DNA of 63,909 nucleotides, the filler included, from Bdellovibrionales bacterium RIFOXYD12_FULL_39_22 (lineage in GTDB: Bacteria; Bdellovibrionota; Bacteriovoracia; Bacteriovoracales; Bacteriovoracaceae), in assembly GCA_001770205.1 (NCBI GenBank). It is 6 parts of 6 records of this genome, joined end to end, with 100 filler letters (N's around TTAATTAATTAA, not from the genome) between each part and the next. Parts side by side here need not be neighbours in the genome. Positions count along the whole stretch, not along the records: positions 1 to 12,104 come from MEQL01000001.1; positions 12,205 to 23,593 come from MEQL01000003.1; 4 more parts are not named here. One strand, written 5' to 3'. A model generated the notes under the pieces. The model saw only the letters and a program-made list of their open reading frames with translations. It had not been told where the DNA came from and made no database searches. Below are positions 10,919 to 19,338 of the stretch, piece after piece. Made by a program: the position numbers and the translations under genes. Position 1 is the first letter of the stretch. Each line of letters begins with the position of its first letter.

Positions 10919-10945
10919 TTATCGACAGGATATGCTCTTTTTTGA
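10919..10945 (-). promoter_or_regulatory. Candidate sigma28 (FliA) promoter
   Basis: TCAA-N15-GTCGATAA on the minus strand, 7 nt before ATG 10911. Confidence 0.45.
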
Positions 10946-11239
10946 AAAAAAGAAGGAGAGTAAAACAGTATGGAAAAATAGTTCTGTTAGGATATTAGTT
11001 CGTTGGACAGAATTGAAGGATAGGAATGTTAAACAGCATTTTCTTGTTTTTGCCAAAATATTGCTACACTAATTTCCCTCCCGAAATTCTCAACATGGCA
11101 AAGCTCGGCAACTCGGCCCCATTTGAGACCGAAAATTTTGATCTTTAATCCCTATTCACCTATTTTTAGAAGTCGTCAAACATATCCAGCTGGAGGCGAC
11201 GCCCTGGCATCCGCTACGACCGAAAAAACTTGTGGAAAT

Positions 11240-11320
11240 TACCAACGTAAAACTAGACTGTCTTTTTTTTGATACAACAAATTTCTTCACCTATATTGAT
11301 TCGATGAATGAGCGAAATTT
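11240..11320 (+). pseudogene. IS1634-family transposase fragment
   Basis: Reads ...FFDTTNFFTYIDSMNERN, similar to the first catalytic Asp region of IS1634. Confidence 0.55.
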
Positions 11321-11483
11321 TAAAATTAAAATGTCTCTATCATAAAATTCACATATCACAGATTCTCGAACCAATTCTCGAGCAAGGGTGACAAAAAAGG
11401 CAGCACTTGTAGTATACAAAAAATATTACTATTTTATTATTGATTTTAAATAGTTGTCTGTGTTTTAGTGCTGAAAGAATACT

Positions 11484-11517
11484 CAGCTGAAAGAAAAACC
11501 CTCTTATTCAAGTCCCC
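11484..11517 (-). repeat. Dispersed IS-end-like repeat GGGGACTTGAATAAG...TTTCAG (other copies 11946-11997, 20527-20568)
   Basis: Three similar copies aligned by eye. Confidence 0.6.
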
Positions 11518-11644
11518 TTACACCTGACAAGTGTCACTCATTAATTACGACTAACCTTGTTCAGTTCTGAGGGCCACTCCCGATTGGGAATTCTTGGAAT
11601 CTACTGATTACTCTTCTCAATGGTAGAAATTACAAATTCTATCG

Positions 11645-11843
11645 GAACCTAGGAGGGATAAAAGGGGTCTCCCCAACTCCCCTCCGCTCTGAAATCCTAC
11701 CAGAAATCCTAAAATCTTAGAACTAAAATTGTTGGCCAACTCTGAAAAAGCCGAAAGACGCGCGCGTTTATGAAATCCCTTGGATTTGGCCGGCCAGAAT
11801 ACAAAGCTCTCACGAGCTTCTAGCTGAAACCTCTGTTATATTG
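11645..11843. mobile_element. 199-bp GAAC-anchored element, copy 1 (IS91-like non-autonomous end)
   Basis: Matches 60976-61174 with two differences that I could see; start also present at 26380-26403. Confidence 0.75.
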
Positions 11844-11930
11844 TGGATAATTAGCAATGCTCGAAAAAGCGACTTTTCCAGAGCAGGATCATAAAGATAT
11901 AGAATTAATGAACATTACCCGACAACTTTC
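11844..11930 (+). repeat. Degenerate copy of the ~120-bp inter-gene repeat R
   Basis: GATAATTAGCAATGCTCG...CTTTTCCAGAGCAGGATCATAAAG aligns to the R consensus. Confidence 0.55.
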
Positions 11931-12104
11931 ATAAGGCGCCGTATGGGGGACGTCTTGAATAAAACCGTTTTACTTTCAGTTGCGGATTACACGGACAGAG
12001 TTATCAACGGCAGGATTTTCGATCCTACAATCTATGAGCCAAGTTTTTTAAATACGGCTAATTCTAATCGCTGAATCCGATCCTCAAGGTTTTCTTCACC
12101 CAGA

Positions 12105-12204
12105 NNNNNNNNNNNNNNNNNNNNNNNNNNNNNNNNNNNNNNNNNNNNTTAATTAATTAANNNNNNNNNNNNNNNNNNNNNNNNNNNNNNNNNNNNNNNN
12201 NNNN
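12105..12204. other. Artificial contig linker
   Basis: N-run, TTAATTAATTAA, N-run. Confidence 0.99.
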
Positions 12205-12294
12205 CCTAACTAAACATCAAGAGAAAATTCTTTCTGCGGTAAATAAGCAACTGTTAAAAGCGGTGTAGTGAGTAAAAGTTGGGTCAAATTCAGG
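12205..12294 (+). mobile_element. IS1634-family 3' end (transposase tail plus right end)
   Basis: ...QEKILSAVNKQLL and GTGTAGTG...GGGTCAAATTCAGG, homologous to 34300-34393. Confidence 0.75.
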
Positions 12295-12518
12295 ACCTGA
12301 GCAAACCTGAGCACTTTGAGAAAAGGCAAAAAAAAAGCCTCTGTTTCCAGAGGCTTATCCAACAAGTGGTACACCCACGGGGAAGCTATTTGAAGTAGGA
12401 AAACATTAATAATAACAACATGTTGTTAATAAAATTAATTCGTTACCAATTTTCTTTTTCATTTCTTTTCATCAAATTTAATTATCTTTCATCCGCTGAC
12501 CTGAGCAAAACCTGAGCA
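12295..12518. mobile_element. attP-like site: tRNA 3'-end core flanked on both sides by paired direct repeats
   Basis: ACCTGAGCA x2 at 12295-12313 and x2 at 12499-12518; minus-strand TCCCCGTGGGTGTACCA at 12367-12383. Confidence 0.7.
12328..12356 (-). terminator. Rho-independent terminator-like hairpin after the tRNA fragment
   Basis: AAGCCTCTG-GAAA-CAGAGGCTT followed by a T-run. Confidence 0.7.
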
Positions 12519-12577
12519 GTTAAAATTTTTGTTGGAACCGATCGGGGTGTAACACATAGAGGAGTTTTATATGGTAA

Positions 12578-12606
12578 TTGACAGGTATAGTAAATTACTG
12601 TACATT
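12578..12606 (+). promoter_or_regulatory. Sigma70 promoter and operator of the higBA-like pair
   Basis: TTGACA-17 nt-TACATT; near-palindrome GTATAGTAA-A-TTACTGTAC at 12585-12603. Confidence 0.7.
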
Positions 12607-12612
12607 AAAGTA

Positions 12613-12897
12613 ATGAAGAAGGCGGAAATAGTTTTTACAAAAAGGGCAATGAAGGAGATTGAAAAACTTCCAAAAAATATTGTAGAGGCCCTTATGATTT
12701 GGACATTTTCGGTTGAAGAAGTTGGGATACATGAGGTTAGAAAAATTAGGGGCTATCATGATGAACCATTGCATGGAGATCGACAGGGACAAAGATCGGT
12801 TAGGTTAAGCAGAGCGTATCGAGTATTTTATTCGATTGCTGAAAACGGAGAGATCGAGATTATAACGGTACTAGAAGTTAATAAACATAGGTACTGA
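12613..12897 (+). CDS. higB: RelE/HigB-family mRNA interferase toxin (alternative start 12571)
   Basis: GYHDEPLHGDRQGQRSVRLSRAYRVFY; toxin-first order. Confidence 0.82.
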   Translation: MKKAEIVFTKRAMKEIEKLPKNIVEALMIWTFSVEEVGIHEVRKIRGYHDEPLHGDRQGQRSVRLSRAYRVFYSIAENGEIEIITVLEVNKHRY

Positions 12898-12910
12898 AAA
12901 GGATAGTGTT

Positions 12911-13213
12911 ATGAAAAAATCAAAGGCGATGAAATTTTTAGAGCAAATTTCTGGCGAGGAAATTTCTTTTGCCATGACATTACGCGCCTACAGGACTCGC
13001 GAAAGTCTAACGCAGGAAGAATTGGCGGATAAGCTCGGTACAAAAAAGGCTTATATTTCAAATCTTGAAAATAAGCGCGATTTTGTAACAGTAGATCAGG
13101 CGATGAAATTTGCGAAACGTCTCAAAGAGCCTTTTAATGTTTGGGTTACTGTTGCCTTGCAAGATATGGTGGATAGGGCCGGCGTTGGGGCCAAGGTTAA
13201 GTTGGTTGCATAA
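12911..13213 (+). CDS. higA: XRE-HTH antitoxin (HigA-like)
   Basis: LTQEELADKLGTKKAYISNLEN HTH; follows the toxin. Confidence 0.8.
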   Translation: MKKSKAMKFLEQISGEEISFAMTLRAYRTRESLTQEELADKLGTKKAYISNLENKRDFVTVDQAMKFAKRLKEPFNVWVTVALQDMVDRAGVGAKVKLVA

Positions 13214-13224
13214 TAACTATCTGC

Positions 13225-14121
13225 TTACGGCCATTTTTGAACATTCCCTTTACACTGAATGGCCGATTGGTAGGCAAGATGTAAAAACTCAGATGCGGTT
13301 GGCCGATTAGTTTCTTGAGGGAACGCCTCAATCATCACTGACTGTAGCAAATGTTTACCATATAAGTTTTTTCCAAGTTTATTCCAGTCAACAACCCCAG
13401 TAAAAGGCAACCAATGTTTGTCAGATTTCCCATCATTGTCAGAGAGATGAGTAGAATAAAGCAAATCGCCCCATCTTTTCAAAATTTCTAATGGTGGATT
13501 ACCATATAAAAAATCATGTGACGAATCATAACAAAGTTTTAAATATGGTGATTTGATATTTTCAAAAACATGATTAACAAATTGCATATTTCTCGTGTTT
13601 TCAATCGCCACATAGACTTTTTCTGCTTCCGCAAAATTAATAATTTTCGAGATCGAGTTAAGACCGTAATCATTGGGAATCCCCGTTAGTGAGCTTCCTG
13701 TAACATGTATCACAACGCAAGGAATTTTATGTTTGGAGGCAAAGGATATCGCATCGAAGTATTCTTCAATTTTTTTATTGCGCCCATTTTCTTTTTGATA
13801 CCAGATATCACTGCAGTTCTGGTATGAGGCATGAATCGTTTCTATATTTAAACCATAGTTTCGAACAATAGTTGGCGCGGCTTCAATTTCACCACTCTCA
13901 TATAGTTTTTCTTCCACTCCGTACCAAAGAAATGTTGAATTAAATCCAGCTTCCTTAATTAGCTTGGACCTTTCTCGTAAAGGTAGATCATATCCAAACC
14001 ATGAAAAAATTCCGACATTAAGATTGTTAGGGTTCAAATTTTGTTTCTCCGTAAGCCAAACTGCATTAAACCAAGATTTAATAGTATTAATTCTACCACG
14101 GAGGTTCTTTGCCGATGACAC
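13225..14121 (-). CDS. Sugar phosphate isomerase/epimerase (AP endonuclease 2 TIM barrel); true start may be near 14037
   Basis: AIENT, LCYDSSHD, THLSDNDG..DKHWLPF.G motifs. Confidence 0.85.
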   Translation of the reverse strand: MSSAKNLRGRINTIKSWFNAVWLTEKQNLNPNNLNVGIFSWFGYDLPLRERSKLIKEAGFNSTFLWYGVEEKLYESGEIEAAPTIVRNYGLNIETIHASYQNCSDIWYQKENGRNKKIEEYFDAISFASKHKIPCVVIHVTGSSLTGIPNDYGLNSISKIINFAEAEKVYVAIENTRNMQFVNHVFENIKSPYLKLCYDSSHDFLYGNPPLEILKRWGDLLYSTHLSDNDGKSDKHWLPFTGVVDWNKLGKNLYGKHLLQSVMIEAFPQETNRPTASEFLHLAYQSAIQCKGNVQKWP

Positions 14122-16093
14122 CCTTTAAAAATGTGAGATGGGCAAAGTGTTCTTTTTCATATCCTGTGGCCAGATAGAGGCGACTAAAACCTTCGCTGTG
14201 TAGCTTGGCTGCAATCCCTTCACCTTTCACCCCATCTTTTAGATTTGAATCAATATAGATTGGACAATCATGAGCAATCTTTGAAAAATCAACTTCCGAT
14301 GGATCGCTATAGATTTTGACCTTAAGTTTTTTGTCGGCCGCCTTTGCCTCCCAAATCATCTGCACAAGCAGATCATCATCAATCAAGATGGCATCTAGTC
14401 TCTCCGCAACTTTCGCTGACGTTGTTGAAGCAGGACTTTCAATCACAATTGGAACATAGGCAGCAAGGCCCTTTGGGACAAGGCCAATACCAGCACTCTC
14501 ACACTTTGCCTGTAACTCAGGTTCTTCATATCGACTGGTCACCAGCACTGTCTGTTTTTGTAAATTCTTACGCACAATAAAATCAAACCCACTTTCTTTA
14601 TTTCCTAAAAATTCAAAATCTATGAGGTACAGATTGGCCCGATCGCGTTCCATCCATTTTTCACAATCAGCAATTGCGGCGAAATGGACAATCTCGACGT
14701 TACTTTCATGCGTTTTGGCTGAATCAAAGCGTCCATTCCATATCTGGTGAATACTCTGATCATCATCGAGAACAACCACTTTCTGGCCAACACTAAGTTT
14801 AATTTTAGGTACAAAACTAATTGGTAACTGTGCTTCTGGTAGATATATTTTAACCGTTGTGCCTTGATTTTCTTTCGATTCAATCGCAAACTTCCCGCCC
14901 CACTTTTCTACCGAGGATTTGGCATGAAATACCCCAAGTCCACTTCCACTACCGGCAGAACTCTCTTTTCCAAAAGATACACCGCGCTCACCAAGTTTGG
15001 CGACAATATGAGATGGCATACCTTTACCATTATCTGTCACCTCTATACACACCATCTTCTCAGCCTCGGCGCGCTTAATCCCAACGGTGATATTTCCAAT
15101 ACCGCCTGTAAATGCTTCTACCGAGTTGTTAATTAGATTAGAAATGATTCGTCTAAACTCTCTTGTATGAATCGAAACAAAAATCCCATAGGAATTTTCA
15201 GATAAATTACTCTGGATTAAAATTCCTTGACGGGCGCGATATTGCATTCGCTTTTCTGCAACAATTGATTCAGCTACACTTGACAGCAAAATTTTCTGCA
15301 TTACGCTTTCATCTTCTTTGCTATCAACCTCGTTCTTACTGATTGTTGATTTGTTTTTTTGTAAAAGTTCATTGGCAATTTCATGAATTCGATTGGTAGC
15401 AGTTCGCACAATAAGGCGCTTGCTCTCAGGAAGTGAAGCATCATCTTTGAGCGCCATATCAAGAGCGGCTAAAGGTGAGCGGATGTCATGTGCGACTTGC
15501 TTGGTTACATTAAAAACTTCCATGGTTTTGTTATTTTCTATTTCTAACGTTTGTAGTTTAAAATTTAATTTTCTTTGTTGTACACCATGCAGAAGAATAA
15601 TGAGTAGCCCGCCAAAAAACTGAAGAGAATAAACTGCTACATAAAAAATTGAATCGGGCCTAAAAACGAAGCTTATATCAAACAAGCTACCGTTAATCGC
15701 TTTGTATTCTACTTTGCTATTCGTCCCTGTAAGCAATAGTGGCCAGGGCGAACAACCATCTTTAAACGAATGATTTAAAACAACTTGCGGTGGATTTGAT
15801 TTTAAAACTATTGATGAACAGCGTATTAATTTTATATTCTCTAAATCATTTACTGTCCTGGCCATCAATTCATAATTAACCATTTCCAAATCTTGCCTTA
15901 CTAGCGTTGTTAAAACACTTTCTCTGTCGCGAACTTGAGATTGAAGAATGAAATAAAAAATGGCATGTATAATTATTACCCACGCAAATACAACGCCAAT
16001 TACCCAAGGTGGAATTGTTCTTAATTTGAATATTGCTTTTTGTTGTCCCATAAAATTGGCCAAGCTAGTAAACGAAACGATTGTCGTTGCCAT
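14093..16093 (-). CDS. Membrane hybrid sensor histidine kinase with two C-terminal receiver-like domains
   Basis: Two TM segments; QVAHDIRSPL H-box, NLINNS, DNGKGM, GSGLG; VLDDD..LIDFEF and LIDDD..YIDSNL. Confidence 0.92.
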   Translation of the reverse strand: MATTIVSFTSLANFMGQQKAIFKLRTIPPWVIGVVFAWVIIIHAIFYFILQSQVRDRESVLTTLVRQDLEMVNYELMARTVNDLENIKLIRCSSIVLKSNPPQVVLNHSFKDGCSPWPLLLTGTNSKVEYKAINGSLFDISFVFRPDSIFYVAVYSLQFFGGLLIILLHGVQQRKLNFKLQTLEIENNKTMEVFNVTKQVAHDIRSPLAALDMALKDDASLPESKRLIVRTATNRIHEIANELLQKNKSTISKNEVDSKEDESVMQKILLSSVAESIVAEKRMQYRARQGILIQSNLSENSYGIFVSIHTREFRRIISNLINNSVEAFTGGIGNITVGIKRAEAEKMVCIEVTDNGKGMPSHIVAKLGERGVSFGKESSAGSGSGLGVFHAKSSVEKWGGKFAIESKENQGTTVKIYLPEAQLPISFVPKIKLSVGQKVVVLDDDQSIHQIWNGRFDSAKTHESNVEIVHFAAIADCEKWMERDRANLYLIDFEFLGNKESGFDFIVRKNLQKQTVLVTSRYEEPELQAKCESAGIGLVPKGLAAYVPIVIESPASTTSAKVAERLDAILIDDDLLVQMIWEAKAADKKLKVKIYSDPSEVDFSKIAHDCPIYIDSNLKDGVKGEGIAAKLHSEGFSRLYLATGYEKEHFAHLTFLKGVIGKEPPW

Positions 16094-16928
16094 CCGTCCA
16101 AGGGACGTAATCTTCTAGTAGCGTTCTAAACAGATACACACCTTCAATTTCTGTATCAATCCTACTGTGAAATCGTACCACCGGAATTGGCCAATTAATA
16201 TTATTAGTGGCGTTAATTTGAAGCAATGCTTCGCCTTTGTTGCGACCAAAGAAAAACACTCGTCTTTCTAACCAATCCAGTTCAATGTTTTCATTGAATA
16301 GCTGAAAATTGTTATAATTTCTCCACGCCTCGATTATCGCATGACCCCATTGATCATCAAATTTACCAGTGACTCGTGATCCAGCAAAGACACCACGGTC
16401 TGTCATTCCCAAGAACACGTTGAAATTTACATCGTATTGAACATTGTCTAATTGAACAATTAGTTTTTTTTGGTAGTACTTATGGCCAATAAACGCAGAA
16501 GCAAGATGAATTGATAGTTCCGAAAGCTGCGTAGGCGCAGTCATTTCATCAATAGTGTGCTTGCGATCAATCCATTGTGACCAGGCCCATCTTTCAACTC
16601 CTTCGCAAAAAGATCTCATCTTTGTTTTAGAAAGGTCAAAACCACACGCAAGTCCACATGTACTTGGTACTTGATCAAAAAGAAAAAGTTCTGATTTGCC
16701 ACTATCAATTTGTTTTCGAAATAGGAATCTTTCGAATGTTTCAGCGATGGAAATCCGTCTGGCAGTTTCACGATCCGTGGCCGTACCACCGCCTAACGGA
16801 TATTGATTACCATTTTGATAACAGTGCGAATGCCAACCAACTGTCGAGCCAAGTTTATTGACTATAGGTTGTTCTTTAAACCCTGCAAAACTTGGTACAT
16901 TATCTTTTAAAAAGTTAGATATCAACAT
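16065..16928 (-). CDS. Short YcaO-like protein
   Basis: GGGT...A...SIAETFER and STCGLACG...SFCEGVERWA match the YcaO ATP-binding E..ER / S.G.A.G...E..ER motifs. Confidence 0.75.
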   Translation of the reverse strand: MLISNFLKDNVPSFAGFKEQPIVNKLGSTVGWHSHCYQNGNQYPLGGGTATDRETARRISIAETFERFLFRKQIDSGKSELFLFDQVPSTCGLACGFDLSKTKMRSFCEGVERWAWSQWIDRKHTIDEMTAPTQLSELSIHLASAFIGHKYYQKKLIVQLDNVQYDVNFNVFLGMTDRGVFAGSRVTGKFDDQWGHAIIEAWRNYNNFQLFNENIELDWLERRVFFFGRNKGEALLQINATNNINWPIPVVRFHSRIDTEIEGVYLFRTLLEDYVPWTDGNDNRFVY

Positions 16929-16941
16929 AACTACTTCGCAA

Positions 16942-18546
16942 TTAGTTTAATTTCAGATTATCGAAGCTAGGTGCTTCAATCATGTTAGAAATTGAATTTT
17001 CGTCAATATCTTTCGAATAGAGCCAAGCATACCCCATATTAAAAAGTGGAATTACTGCAGCATCGCTTTCAAGAGCAGAATTAAATGTTTCAACGTATTC
17101 TTGATCAACTGGACGTTGTGTTGCCTCATACTTTTTAACCAATGAACAAATTTTACCGCTAGGATCAGGGAATGATGCCCCTAGCGTTGAACAAAAGATC
17201 ATTTGAGTACATGGATTGATAAAATTTGCACCAGAATCTACTGTGGTAATTTTTATATCATAGTACTGATTTGAATTTGCACGTTTTCTCCACTCTGAAA
17301 TCGATAATCCTTGCTCTTCAATAATGGAAGCTTTCGTTCCGAGTTTACCAAAAACATCCTCTACCATTTTTAAAAGAGTTAAGCGTTCTTGATGAGTTAT
17401 TCTGCTAGGCAAAGTCAACTTAATTTCAACGTTTTTTGGAACTGTCCACTTACCAACCGATAGCTCAGGCAATTTCGAAGGAGAGATTGAATAGAAATAA
17501 TTTGTGGGGGTGTATGATTTCGAAGGCAACAGATAATCATTTCTAATTAGCAAAAATTGTTTATGAAAAGCAACTCTATTTTCGACTGACTCAAATATCC
17601 CACCACTTCTCGGTGTCAAGATCATTGCCATCAACATCGTAGGTTGACTCTTTACTAGCCGAAAATCTTGTAGATTAGATATTTCTGATGGAACGGTGGC
17701 TCCCAAATAATATGTCTGGTATGGCCCCGATGTGAGATTTCCTGAAAGAAAGCTAGAAGTTATACTAATTTCTTTTGGCCCATCACTACTAGTCACTAAG
17801 TCTGTACGAGATTGCATTACAATAGTCGTTTTATCAGATAAAAACTCCTTAACAGTATATGGTCCAGAGGCAACAAATCCATTTGGTGTTGAGAAGTGTC
17901 CATCCACAAAATTTTTCGCGCACCAATATCCGAAATACGGCATTCTGAGTAATTCAATTCCCCATTCGACTTTCTCGGTAAATTTAAAATGAATTTGATT
18001 TCCGTTTACTGAGGTCAGTCCCAAATCACTCTCGGGTAACCCTTTTTTAAAACTATCCCATCCTTCAATTTTATCAAACAAAAGTACGGAACTACGTTTA
18101 GAATATGAGTGTAATTGTCGTTTTAGATTTTCAACGTAGCTTGTAGCAGTTATAGGTTCGCCATCTGAACACCTAATATTATCTTTAAGAGTGAATAGCC
18201 ACTCTTTGCCTCCATCAAATACTTCCCAAGATTTTGCCAAGTATGGTTCAACTTTTCCAGAAAGACCTGTCTTGACCAAAGTTCCGATAAGATTATTGAG
18301 CACTGTATAATTAAATAATAAGTCGGAATCATCCGGATCAAGTGAAAAGTTTATTTTTTTTGCTTCCTTTTGAGGCAAAGCAATTACGTAATTCAATCTT
18401 TTCATATTATGATTACTTTTCGCTTGATCCGCCACCACTGATGTTCCAAGAAGATGCCATTTTGATAGCACTGCCAAGCTCAACAATATCACAATCGGCA
18501 CAAGATAAATTAATATACGTGTTTTCGTCGTGGCTGATAAACTCAT
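16942..18546 (-). CDS. Family 5 (OppA/DppA-like) solute-binding protein, no permease nearby; alternative start 18405
   Basis: GTLV...VEPYLAKSWE...WLFTLKDNIRCSDGEPITA, SGPYTV and AAVIPLF motifs. Confidence 0.88.
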   Translation of the reverse strand: MSLSATTKTRILIYLVPIVILLSLAVLSKWHLLGTSVVADQAKSNHNMKRLNYVIALPQKEAKKINFSLDPDDSDLLFNYTVLNNLIGTLVKTGLSGKVEPYLAKSWEVFDGGKEWLFTLKDNIRCSDGEPITATSYVENLKRQLHSYSKRSSVLLFDKIEGWDSFKKGLPESDLGLTSVNGNQIHFKFTEKVEWGIELLRMPYFGYWCAKNFVDGHFSTPNGFVASGPYTVKEFLSDKTTIVMQSRTDLVTSSDGPKEISITSSFLSGNLTSGPYQTYYLGATVPSEISNLQDFRLVKSQPTMLMAMILTPRSGGIFESVENRVAFHKQFLLIRNDYLLPSKSYTPTNYFYSISPSKLPELSVGKWTVPKNVEIKLTLPSRITHQERLTLLKMVEDVFGKLGTKASIIEEQGLSISEWRKRANSNQYYDIKITTVDSGANFINPCTQMIFCSTLGASFPDPSGKICSLVKKYEATQRPVDQEYVETFNSALESDAAVIPLFNMGYAWLYSKDIDENSISNMIEAPSFDNLKLN

Positions 18547-18721
18547 TAATTACTACTCCTTCAATCCCCATTACATTTAGATAATTTGCCAAAGTGCTAC
18601 CATCTTTTATTTGTGGAAGATTTGAACTTTTCGTTTGTAGTGTTAAATTAATCATCTCGGCAAAACAAACCTTGGACAGTAGAAAACCAGAAACAAACAA
18701 CATAGACATTTTTTTTGACAT
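18413..18721 (-). CDS. 102-aa secreted protein with CxxC and Ser/Gly-rich tail (candidate precursor peptide)
   Basis: GGAGG RBS; signal peptide ending ..VCFA; LSCADC; C-terminus SSWNISGGGSSEK. Confidence 0.65.
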   Translation of the reverse strand: MSKKMSMLFVSGFLLSKVCFAEMINLTLQTKSSNLPQIKDGSTLANYLNVMGIEGVVINEFISHDENTYINLSCADCDIVELGSAIKMASSWNISGGGSSEK

Positions 18722-18881
18722 ACAACCTCCATTTATTTTTGTAACTAAACTCGCTACTCAACAAAACAGTATTTTTGTTATTTTCGAGGGTTTTACTTAG
18801 TATCATCAACAATAATCCAAATCAATTTTCTTTTCGCATCGTGTACTTTTTCCACACACGCATTTACTTAATATTTAAATT

Positions 18882-18924
18882 AAAACAAACCGCGCCGCTA
18901 GGCCTGTTTAGTGGCCCGGCGCGG
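18882..18924 (-). terminator. Terminator after the 116-aa gene
   Basis: CCGCGCCG...CGGCGCGG stem followed by TTTGTTTT on the minus strand. Confidence 0.7.
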
Positions 18925-18969
18925 CCATTATTAATTTTTCAAAACATCAAAATCACATACACTCAAAAG

Positions 18970-19320
18970 CTAAAGCTTTGCTCCACCTTTTCCACCACCA
19001 CCCATATCTCCACCCATTACTGATTGACCGCTATAGGCAGCTTTAAAATCAACTATCGCTCCATTAAATAGCTTCATGTTAACAACTGGCGCACTTTTTT
19101 TCATTAGTAGCTTGCTACCAACAATTTTGGTGCCGGCAACTTGAGAAAAGCCATCTTTTATTTCATCAATCGTCACCACATCTCCACCAGTAGTTTTTAA
19201 ATCGAGCACCTTTTCTGTGCTGAAAGCAATATACTGAATATCTGAAGCAAGTACGGGGGCAACTCCAAGGGTTAGTATTACTGATACCGATACTGACACG
19301 ACACTGTTTAATAATTTCAT
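18970..19320 (-). CDS. 116-aa secreted protein with Gly-rich C-terminal tail
   Basis: AGGAG RBS; signal peptide ending ..PVLA; ends VMGGDMGGGGKGGAKL. Confidence 0.8.
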   Translation of the reverse strand: MKLLNSVVSVSVSVILTLGVAPVLASDIQYIAFSTEKVLDLKTTGGDVVTIDEIKDGFSQVAGTKIVGSKLLMKKSAPVVNMKLFNGAIVDFKAAYSGQSVMGGDMGGGGKGGAKL

Positions 19321-19338
19321 TTTATGTCTCCTATGTTC

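Noticed and set aside
12105..12204. Repeated TTAATTAATTAA palindrome in N-runs (five times)
   Set aside because: Artificial six-frame-stop contig linker, not biology.
12367..12383. Full tRNA gene
   Set aside because: Only the last 17 nt are present; no anticodon or D arm upstream.
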